Positions 38,394 to 49,053 of a stretch of 64,000 nucleotides of DNA are shown one piece after another. The stretch lies in assembly GCF_006345805.1 (NCBI RefSeq), contig NC_043005.1, positions 60,264,001 through 60,328,000 of the forward strand, given 5' to 3'. Source of the DNA: Octopus sinensis (lineage: Eukaryota). The notes under the pieces are model-generated. The model saw only the letters and a program-made list of their open reading frames with translations. It ran no database searches and was not told the origin of the DNA. A program made the position numbers and the translations under genes. Each line of letters begins with the position of its first letter. The stretch's first letter is position 1.

Positions 38394-40088
38394 TGTTGCC
38401 ATAAATTAGTGTGCTGAGGACGCGTGGTTTGTAGACATGGAACTTCTACTCCAGATACGAGTAGAAGTGTTTGAAGTCAGTTTTCTAATCTCCCAGACTC
38501 TCTTCGTCAGCGTGGCAAATGTGGAGGAGGCCCATCCAACTCGCATGCCGATCTAAAAGCAGAGGTTATCAATGATGTTCGTGGATTACCCCCAGCTTTT
38601 AGCTGTTGGTGGTGATGACAAGGCGTAGTCTGGAGCGTTGGTTTTCCTTATTATAATGGTCAGAGTGAATTACTGGCACACCTTGAGATTTTATTACGAA
38701 ATACTAAATTTGCTCCTCAATGCTGCGACGTCAGCAAACAGCCTTTTTCTGATGAGTACCTGACTAACCCTGATTTTCTATATTGGTGTTGACAGACTAA
38801 ACAGCATTTCATCTGATTTGATGTGGGGATATTCAACACCAGTTGCATTCCAAATGGGTGTTTCAGCATGGCTTTTAAAATATGCCAAACAAAACCGGGC
38901 AAGCACATTGCTGCATATGTTGAATGCCTCCTAAGAAAATCCACCAAACTTGAAGACACTTTTCATATCAGCATAAAACGATTAGAGTATAATTAAAAGT
39001 CTTAGAGAAAAGCCAATCATGTTAAGAATTTTGAGCAAGCCGTCGATTAAGTAGGTCAGCAGTCTCCGGTAGGCCAACGAAGGTGATAGAGTGGTTACTT
39101 TGATCTCGGCTCTTCTTCTGTAGCTGTTGAAGTGAGAATATCGTATCAATGTTGGAGCGTTCTGAGCTGAAACCACTGATATTCAAAGCATATCATTAAT
39201 CTACTGGCGAATAATACCCACTAAGCAGAATTTCTGTAATTTGCTGTAACCATGCGGGCGGAGACCTTCTCGATAATAGTTAGCAGTAAGATGCCTTGGA
39301 AGCTATTTCATGCGCTTCTGTTCTCTTTGTTCTTATAGAGGGTGGAAATGATGCAATCTATCATATGGGACTGTTCTCTCCTCCCAGCACTCACACAATA
39401 ATTTCAATAAGTGCCTGAGTAAAATTCGTTTTGCACACCTGCCGATCTCTGGTTGGATGCCCGATGCATTCCCAGCGGGTGAGTCATATCCCGATGCATT
39501 CCCAGCGGGTGAGTCATATCCCGATGCATTCCCAGCGGGTGAGCCATCAATGGTTCTGCTCAGTTCTTCAACGGCCGGCATCGCATCTAGCTCCTCTATG
39601 ATAGATAGATGTTACACAGTGTCTAAAGCGTTGTTCGTGATGTTTTCCTTTACGTAAAGTTCTGGATAATGTGTCATCCATCTCTCCAACTGCTTCCTTT
39701 TGCTCTTCGTGACCTCCCTTGATCTGCATTTGAGTGAAGTTATCTTATTCTGGATTAGGCAGGTGGCTTTCTTGCTGTTCTCATGCACTTCGAGCATGTT
39801 ATCTATAACAAACGACAGCTAGTTACCTTCGCATATTTGTTACCAGTAGTCATTTACACAGCATGTCAGTGTCTTTTGCGTTTTGTTCCTCGCCGATTTC
39901 AATGTTTGCAGCGTTGATTCGTGTTGTTTATTCAACAGGGCAATGCGCTTCTTCTCCTTGGCGGCATTGAGCTCATTTAAACTCGCTACAAACCAGTCCT
40001 GTATCATTCACAGCCTGCCACCAAAGTATATCAATGCAGTACCATAGATGGTGTCCCTGAGAGAGTACATATTTTGAATCGTGGGCAG
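38394..40088 (-). mobile_element. RTE-clade LINE, tether plus RT region, decayed
   Basis: LRDTIYGTAL..QDWF, QLERWMTHY.ELY, LDAMPAVEELSRTID, FQGILLLTIIEKV, QCGFR-like region, ASSTFATLTKRVW, VLSTLIYG. Frameshifts and stops throughout. Confidence 0.85.
39460..39543. repeat. Perfect 30-bp tandem repeat (~3 copies) inside RTE coding sequence
   Basis: cccgatgcattcccagcgggtgagtcatat x2.8. Encodes PAGNASGYDS repeats on the minus strand. Confidence 0.97.
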
Positions 40089-40094
40089 TAAACA

Positions 40095-40790
40095 CTGCAC
40101 CAACAAAAGAATAAACAAACAATATAAGAAACCGATATTCAGACTTGGATGTCGGAGCATAAGGACCATGACAACTAGTCTGTTAGATCTTCAAACGATC
40201 AATAACATGCGCAAGACAGCAGTGATGAAGAACGAGCTGCTATGACGTCGAGTGGACATTGCAAGCTCCAGGAAACGCGGCTCTCAGTTTCTGGGAGGTA
40301 TTATACTTACTTTTTTTCTGGCAGGGGAAAAGCATAGAAGAATCAAGAGAGCATGGTATCGATTTTGCTGACAGGAACTGGTTGCCAAAGTTGTTGGGAT
40401 ACATCAGCGACTGTTTGGGGCGAAGTATCTCACTCCGACTGCACACTTCAGATGGTCTTGTCAACCTTGTCAATTCTTAAGCCACAAACCCCTATTCAAC
40501 ACAAGATGGCAAAGTTAAGTTTTACGATCAGCTCTCAAGGAGAATACAGTGGAACACAACTGAAGGACAGCTGATGCTACTTAGTGGCCTCAATACCAGA
40601 CTGGGAACCGATTACGACTCCTGGATAGGATGTCTAGGACGGCACATGACATGAAATAAAATGAGTATCGACTGCTTGAGGTCTGTACGTTCCACGGAAC
40701 ATCCGTCAGAAACACTTACTTCCAGGCCGAAGCTCAACATAGAGTTTCTTAATGTTATCCTGGCTCAGGGATTTGGTGCTAGCTAAATTT
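40095..40790 (+). mobile_element. RTE APE endonuclease region, inverted relative to its RT
   Basis: Plus strand: RLGCRSIRTM..RKTAV..EL..VDIA-LQETR..YLLFFWQGKSIEESREHGIDFADRN..ISLRL..VKFYDQL..LSGLNTRLG..NTYFQ..HRVS. Confidence 0.85.
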
Positions 40791-40879
40791 TCTCCTCAAC
40801 AGATGTGTATGTATATATATAAGTGTGTATATATGTACACATCTATATATGTATGTGTGTATATATATGTGTGTATATA

Positions 40880-40944
<65 letters not shown>

Positions 40945-40960
40945 TAATATAATAAGAGTA

Positions 40961-41034
40961 AATAATATCTTTAATGGTTTGTAAAAAAAACAACAATTGT
41001 TGTTTTTTTTTTACAAACCATTAAATATATTATT
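40961..41034. repeat. Spacerless ~74-bp palindrome
   Basis: aataatatctttaatggtttgtaaaaaaaacaacaa|ttgttgttttttttttacaaaccattaaatatattatt, centre 40996/40997. Confidence 0.9.
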
Positions 41035-41100
<66 letters not shown>

Positions 41101-43449
41101 TATGCATGTATGCATATATGTATATACGTGTGTGTGTGTCTCTGTGTGTGAGTGGGTGTGTTTGTATGTAGCTATTCGAATGCACATTTGCGTTCTGGAT
41201 TTACACGCTTAAGGTTACAAACAGAGGTAAGTAGTAATTCCCTGCTATGCTCCTCAAAGATTCCTCTTCTATTCAATGGCTTATAAATAATGATATGCTT
41301 TGCATTCATAATTCGCTACGTAGGTTGAATTTCAAAGTACGCCAGTTGATAATCCGCACACGAATTTTATCTATAATACTTGTCAGAATACATGAAATAG
41401 ATTATATATAGGATAACGTCTACATGATATGAAAGATAAAGGTATTGCCGTTAGAAATAATCATATACAGGTTACTGACCGCTCTTACTCAGAAGACAAA
41501 CACAACGAGAATATCATTTCCTGAAGATATACATCGCTTACATAATTTCACAATCTATCCTGTCATCATATCATATGCATCGCACACTCTATTTGCTTCA
41601 GAAGAAACTGACATTTGATAGAAGCAGACACAGTTATAAATATATTTTAAAAGACGAGATAATATTACAGTACATTCGAAATTCGTATTACCGTATGACT
41701 CAAATGTAATGATCGTTTATAAATAAAATTTACGAAGTGTTTATGGGATATTTCGTCGAAGTAAAAGTAGTTGTACAACGAAAGAAATGGCGAACAGCGG
41801 ATGAAATGCTAATGTATTTCTTTATTTCGATTTACGTTGTGAGTTCTATAGAAAATCGGCTCCGCTACTGATATCATTATAAAACCTGAAGGTCACAAAC
41901 TAAGTACCAGGAATGGATGACTTTTGATTGAAGCGAATATAAAATTTCTGCAAATGTGTATGGGATGATGACAACATTACATATCAAATATTCTTAAAGA
42001 AAACCACGTTCTCAGAATACACGTGCCTCTACCCACACACTTAAACTTATATTATATAATATGTAAACATATCTATATGTGTCTGCGTATAATATATACA
42101 TATAGGAAGACAGAAAGAAAGAAAGAAAGGAAGGAAGGAAGGAAGACAGAAAGAAAGAAAGGAAGGAAGGAAGGAAGGAATGTATGGGGAGAAAGAAAGA
42201 AGGAAGGGATGGAGGATACAGCTGGTTTAAGGCCCACTTTAGCTATTTCACACTGTGACATTTCAGCAAGAAATGAGAAATGAGAGAGTCAATTCACATT
42301 TTCCATCTTGATATTTGTTTTCCGAATCACATTCTAAATTATAATTCATCTGGAGAAGACGGACGATTTTTTTCTCTTCATGATGTAATCAAATTATTCA
42401 TCATTAAGAACGCGTCTCAAACAGCTCTATTGAACCAGTTGTTCGTATTTATGCTCTTTTTACTTGACTCTCATCAGTAGGACGGCTGATCTTTTATTTT
42501 CTACTCCAAAGAACGATATGGTTACATTTGGCACAAGTTTTGATGCGAATATTCTACCAATATTTCTTGTGTTGATATTTATAGATGCATTACATAACAA
42601 TTTCATTCTCTATATTTATTCAAGGACAGTAGAACTTTGATGACATTGTTGTGTAGCTGCAGAAATAGGACATATGATATAATCCATATTTTCAGTTACA
42701 CATTGGGACCCCAAATGATGCACAAACAAATATTTTAAGGCACTCTATTGTTCTCGTAACGGAGTGCAAAGCCATAGCCTTCGAAATGTAGTGTGATGTA
42801 GCGGTTCTAAGTCCAAAAATGTCTGCACTTCTTATTAATGCTGGTGCCTTACTGATTTTCGTATGCTGAATTTTCCATATAGAGTCGTCTCTCGGATACA
42901 TTGGGGTTCTGTGGGACGTTGACAAGAAGAGAATATCTCCTGAAGAAGTCACTGTCGACACGTAAGTTGTTACCCTCATAGCTTTCCAGTGCAAAGTTAA
43001 TGTATTGATGCTGCTGTTGTTCAGCAGATGCTGACTGAGCGATGCTTGTGGCATGCGAAGCTCAAACTCCTTCATCACTTCTTAGGTATAACTGCTATTG
43101 TGGAATTTTCAAGCTGATGTCAGTAGATTGCAGGTTTTAAAATGTGTCGGAGTAGGTTTACTCTACAAAACAATCATGTATTTCAAATATTTGTATCAAT
43201 ACAGGTGCTGCAAAAACATTAAGTGATTTGTTCTTGTAGAGGAAGTGTTACGACTGCCATAATTTTCTTAGTTTGGTCTAATTTCTCGGGTCACACCATA
43301 TTTAGTTACTGTAATCTATCTATTTACAGAGTGACTATTGTTGCACAAGTTTGCAGCTTTCAGTTTAATTATCCACATTCAACAATCAAATACGAATTAT
43401 TTCTCTTTTGGTGAAGTTACATTCCTATATTAGCGAAAATTGCTGATAC

Positions 43450-44460
43450 TAACTCCAGCTGATTTAAGCATCGTAAACAGTTTTAGTGTAGAATTTTAGG
43501 ACACGCATGAAGGAAGTTTTTGTATATCTAGCTGCTGCAAATGCTAACTTATAGCTATTTTGTAACATATTATTTTCATAACAGATTTAATGCCAAAAAT
43601 GGGCATTAATACGGAAAGAATATCTTCTTGGAATATACTCTTCATAATTAGAGGAGATCGTTTCGTTCTCAGTTGTATGTTCATTGTTAGCCATATATTT
43701 GCGAGCTTCTCTATCAATAAAAGGTCACCTTAATTTCTCTATCAAAAATTATTCAGCATATCCTTCACGTCCTTCTTTCCACGTGCCTGCTCACAAGTGA
43801 CGTGTTATGTGATTCACAATGAAGCTGAAGGACTTGGTTGAGGCAGCATGTATAAAGCATGTATATAATGCTTAGGCAAGCAATGGGTATATAGTTTTCT
43901 GCTAACTGGATGATTTCCTTTTCGGATACAACATTTGTCCATGTAATAGCAAGTCAATTAGATGTCAATCTGACCTTCCGTATGTCTTTTGTGTATACAC
44001 ATCAATGGCTCTCTGTAGAAAGTCAAAATCTTTTATTTATGTTCAACTATTGGGTCACTTCCATGTGCATTCCCACTAGGCAGTTTCCATGTCGATACTG
44101 CATGTTTTATGGTTAATGTTAGTAGAGTATTCTTTGATCATTTAATTTTGCCATGATATATGCAGGTTGAAACCGTCTTTTCGTTTCAGATCTTAAGCCA
44201 TGATGATTCAAAATCGTCTTGAAAAGGAGATTCCTTAACATGTAATGTTTTCATTCCTCATCTCAAGTATTATGCCTGTGGACTGAATGAAAACCTATAC
44301 TTTATACTGAGTTACTCGAAATAGTTTGTACGATAACGATTTTCTTGCTTTAAAGAAATTTGCTTTCCACAGGAAACTTGGTACGAAGAGTCCCCGTAAA
44401 GTTTGGTATTTCCTTGCATACAATTAAATTTTTAACGTGTCAACCCATTATTCCCTTTAC
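43450..44460 (-). mobile_element. Possible very old PLE RT remnant
   Basis: Degenerate PNF(Y)G and IKDFDFLQ segments in the expected order. Weak. Confidence 0.25.
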
Positions 44461-44489
44461 ATATTATTGTCGTGTTTAACATCCACTAT

Positions 44490-44868
44490 GGCGCACATAA
44501 GAGACTTGCTTCCCGACCACATGGGTCCGGGTTCAGTCCTACTTCGTGGCACTTCATTTACTTTAGCCTCGGGCCAACCAGAGACTTATAAGTAGATTTA
44601 GTAGACGGAAACTCAAAGAAGCCCTACGTTGTTAAATGTATGTATATATCCATGTGTATGTGCGTCTATGTTTGTCCTCCCATCACCACTTGGCAGCCGG
44701 TGTCGGTGTATTTACGTCTCCGTAACATAGCGGTTCGGCAAAAGAGGTCCGATAGAATAAGAACCAGGCTTATAAAATAAGTACTGGGGTTGATCCATTG
44801 GACTAAAAATACAATGTGATGCCCCCGCATTGCCGCAGTCGAACGACAGAAACATGTAAATGTAAAAG
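44490..44868 (+). mobile_element. tRNA-derived CORE-type SINE, near full length
   Basis: Box B-like gggttcagtcc, agacggaaactcaaagaagccc, TG-rich middle, tail ...gcggttcggcaaaagag...gccgcagtc...aaacatgtaaatgtaaaa. Other copies at 2208, 22390 and 33046. Confidence 0.8.
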
Positions 44869-45414
44869 TGTATATACATATAGGAGACCACTGCATAGGA
44901 TGATTCGCGCATATGTTTTCTCCGCTAACTGATACTCAATATACTTGTTTTGTATCTTTAGAAAACAAACCATAAACACAGTCAATCTATCATTGGCACT
45001 TGGAATATATATGCAAATGTAGTTTCTTAATTCTTGCTGCAATATATTTCCGTGCATATGTGAGCTGAAGTGTCGAAAAAAAAAATAGCAAGCTTTGTGA
45101 ATGTAACCAAAATTCTTAATAATTCAAGGAAGAAAAACACCTGAGAGCAAGTAAAGGAGTAATTGTATTTATTGTAATGCAATGACAGCAGGATAAGAGA
45201 CATACCGCTTCCATTGAAGATCGAAAGAAAAATTAAGCGACATGATTTATGCATATTGACATCTTACTGGTAATTCGGAATTATTTTCTATCCGTTTGTT
45301 TTTATGCTGTATGGAAATCAAGAAAGACATTATACGATATAAATGGATTAGCATAAAATTCATTGATACATATAAAATATTTCTGACTTACTAATTATTT
45401 GGGCGAGGTATTCC

Positions 45415-45491
<77 letters not shown>

Positions 45492-45598
45492 CAGCAGCAG
45501 CAGCGTTAGTATTAGTAGCAGTAGTAGTAGCAGCAGCGTTAGTATTAGTAATAGTAGCAGCAGCAGCAGCAGTAGTAGAAGTAGTAGTAGTAGTAGTC

Positions 45599-45650
<52 letters not shown>

Positions 45651-45676
45651 CAGCAGCAGCAGCAGTAGTAGTAGTA
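45415..45676. repeat. Mosaic (GTA)n/(GCA)n microsatellite
   Basis: Directly visible. Confidence 0.97.
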
Positions 45677-46149
45677 GATGTAGTTGTAGTTTTTAAAACA
45701 GCAATCCATTATTATTACATTTCTCATGAAATCATTTAAATTCATAGTTACTACGTCTCGAAAATTAACTCATTAAATATTTATATATTTTAGCGAGCAG
45801 TGCAGTCGCATAACTAATAATGTGCTAGCGTCATGTTGATAAATTAAATCTAACTCGGGTTAACTTTATTTTTCGTTCAACTGCAGCCAATTATGTGGAA
45901 CAGGAAATGAATTTGGGTCAAGTCAATCTACAATACACTGCCACAAATATGTCGTAATTACGTTTAAATACGATATGCATGTTTAATATCTAAATGTCTA
46001 TTCAAAAGGCTTAAGATAAAATCAATACATTTTTAAAGAGAAATATTATACAAAATATTAAATACTTTTTGAGATGGCTGAGAATCTTCATTTAAATGCT
46101 GTATGTTTGTAAAAGTGAAAGGTCTCAGAATTTCGAGTAACATCATATC

Positions 46150-46730
46150 GTCGCAGACGTAGCAAACAAATAATCAACATTCTAATTATTTTACAACAAT
46201 AATCAACCATAGTGCCCTGTTAATGCTAAGCTTAGCTTACCAAAGCCTTTCTGTAACTCTGATATGGGGTACGTTTTCTGTAATTTAATTTATAGTTCGT
46301 ATATGATGCAGGATATGAGCTTCAATCTTCTGAAATTAACCAACAAAAAATTTCATTGCAATTTCTCAATATTTTTCTACGTTATACTTCACAATAGCTT
46401 GTGCTTCTATAATAACTCTCAATATTTTTACATCCATATCCTACATTCTCCCTACTGCAAATTGTATATTATTATTTATGTAGAATTTTTCAACACCTTT
46501 TATCGAAATATCATTAAGTCAAAGCAATTCTTGTGCGAGGCTAGACTCCTTCATCTTTTTTGTACGAATGATCGTATTATTTGTCCCTATCTGCATCTCC
46601 TGTATTTATTCATTTCATTTTTTTATTTCGTTGTAGATATAGAAACTTCATTCCTTTGCATATCTTCCAATAAAGTTACACATCATATCAAACATTCTGA
46701 AATGTTCTAATGAATCCACTGTAGGCCATA
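46150..46730 (-). mobile_element. Possible decayed PLE GIY-YIG region
   Basis: Degenerate CSR..ECRI and IIYEL...KTY segments. Weak. Confidence 0.3.
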
Positions 46731-46825
46731 TTAAAGCTAAGGTTATATATATATATGTATGTATGTATGTATGTATAATTTATAAAAATAAGGATAAGAT
46801 CGTTAATTTAAATATCGATCTAATC

Positions 46826-46890
46826 AAGTGGCCACTGATGAGGCAAAGCATTTCTTATGCAAAGTCAGAAATCCGGGATCTGGAATTATC
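46826..46890 (+). ncRNA. Hammerhead-like motif with a one-nucleotide insertion before GAAA
   Basis: cca CTGATGA(46835-41) ggc aaa gca tttctta tgc aaa gtc a GAAA(46868-71) t ccggg a TC tgg. Confidence 0.4.
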
Positions 46891-47170
46891 CAGTAATTTT
46901 TTGCTAGTTTATTTTGTCCTTTTTGTTTCCTCTCCTGGTGCTGTGTGAACATTTAATGTGGTTTTAGAGTCAAGTTTTGGTTGCTATTTCAAGCGTGGCG
47001 ATAACTCTTACATAACCTAAATTATAATTTATATATATATATATAATAATAAGAGTAAATAATTTCTATAAAGGTTTTTAAAAAAACGACAATTATTTAC
47101 TGGTAGAATTCGGTATGTAAATATAGCCGATTACTGGCAGGAACTTCTGTAAAGTTCAGTATATATATTG

Positions 47171-47385
47171 TATATAAGAAAAGGGGACAAGCAACAGGTT
47201 ACTAGACCGCATACCGAAAAAATAGAAATAGCAGTCAAGAATGCTTATTTCTATCAAAGTGGGACTCCGGGCACGACAAACCCTGTAATTCGCATATGCA
47301 AAACAGAAGGAATAGATAACGAAAACGAAGTCTGGTGGTTATCATTTCGGTATGCGGTCTAGCAACCTGTTGCTTGTCCCTTTTT

Positions 47386-47393
<8 letters not shown>
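47171..47393. mobile_element. Fold-back element with 49-bp inverted arms next to (TA)n
   Basis: 47171-47219 versus 47345-47393 are reverse complements at 47/49. Contains cataccgaaa..tagaaatagcagtcaag, shared with the 37615-38393 element. Confidence 0.85.
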
Positions 47394-47428
<35 letters not shown>

Positions 47429-47574
47429 GACGATAAAATATGTTAAATATAGTATGATATTGGCGGCCTGTTAGCATTTAAAATATAAACGCAAATTAAT
47501 AAACAGGGGTACAAATAGTACCACCATTGTTAGAAATAAAAGTAAAAGACGACTCGAATAGACTCACAAAACAC

Positions 47575-47780
47575 TAACCTCGTGAGTTGATGAAAAGTGA
47601 GGAGCACCTGGCCATTGAATGGCTATGGAAAGTGCGGGTAAAATATATCCGAGTAGTTATAAGTGCATTGGGAACTATTCCTGAAGATTGGAACGGAACG
47701 GATTGATAGGAGATATAGGCATAAACGCAGGTTAGTGCAGCACCGGGAAACAGTGTTCTTAGGGGTAGCTAAGATAATTA
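47575..47780 (+). mobile_element. 3' coding fragment of a divergent R4/Dong-type LINE (RLE C-terminus)
   Basis: LAIEWLWKV..YIRVVISALGTIP..ETVFLGVAKIIR parallels LEIEVTRMW..IPIIVGALGTI..KIALLGTAHILR in the neighbouring copies. Confidence 0.6.
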
Positions 47781-48987
47781 GACAGGAAAACAAGAAAAAT
47801 AATGACAGGATTTAGGATGCACCACCCAAAGTCTGACATAGAAAGACTAGATGTACAACCTGTAGAAGGTGATCGAGGCCTTATACAGCCGAAAAACTGT
47901 TATGAAATAACCACCATAGGACTGCAAAAAACTTACTTCATTAATTAATACAAATAGTCACAAAACACGAGCAAAACATAAAACTGTGTTAGGTATTTAA
48001 GGAAGCTGACAAATACAAACAAGAAATCATACTACCTAACAAATATGAAGAAGAAGAAGAAGGTACAACAAAAGCTATAAAACAAATGAAATCCACACTA
48101 AAGCTAGAATAGCAACGGACCATGATAAAACGATTGCAAGAAAAGCCCCTTATGACAAATACTGGGCTAAACTAAATGCAAAAAATAGACAGAGAAAAAT
48201 TCCAGCAATGGTTGAGAAGCTCAGGACTCAAAGCAGAGACTGAAGGAATTTTAATTGCAGCGCAAGATCAAAACCGTCCCATCAGAAATTACCAAAACAT
48301 AATGAAAATAAACATAACAAGTAACTGCAGAATATGTGAAAATGGACAAGAAACAATAAATCATATTATCTCTAAGTGTCCAGTCCTGGCTAAGAAGGAA
48401 TATATTGACAGACACGACAGTGTTGGGACCTACATACACTGGAAGCTATAGCAACAATATGAAATAACAACAGAAAAAGGATAGTATTGGCACACGCCAG
48501 AAAAGGTCACTGAAAATGAGAAAGCAACCATACTCTGAGATATGTCAAAACACACAGATAAAGAAATTAAGGCGAATAGGTCAGATATAGTTGTCAGAGA
48601 TCATGAAGAAAAAAATGCTTTCTAATTGATCTATCAATACCAGCAGATGACAAAGTTTATCTAAAAGAAATGAAGAAACTTTCAAAATACAAAGACCTGA
48701 AAATAGAGGTAACTCGAATGTGGTATCTAAAAACAGAAACAATTCCTAATATAGTAGGCACATTAGGAATGATAAAAAAATATTCAGACAAATACATAAC
48801 AAAAACACCAGGACTTACAAATATATATTGCATACAGAAAGTTGCGCTACAGGGTACTGCACACATCCTACACAAAACACTTCCAATACACTAACTATAA
48901 GACCATCACAGCAAACCACATCACATACCCAAGGCACACAGAGCTTCGCTCGGTAATGAAGGGAAACACTTTATAAAAATAAAACTA

Positions 48988-48990
<3 letters not shown>
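47781..48990 (+). mobile_element. R4/Dong-clade non-LTR retrotransposon, 5'-truncated copy 1 (RT thumb, CCHC knuckle, RLE endonuclease)
   Basis: HHPKSDIERL, WLRSSGLKAETEG..AAQDQ, CRICENGQETINHIISKC, RHDSVG, KYKDLKIEVTRMW..IVGTLG. 3' UTR ends aaaactactg-(AAT)n. Confidence 0.9.

Positions 48991-49050
<60 letters not shown>

Positions 49051-49053
<3 letters not shown>

Noticed and set aside
39460-39543. Regular 30-bp repeats as a possible CRISPR array
   Set aside because: No unique spacers; eukaryotic context; simple tandem duplication.
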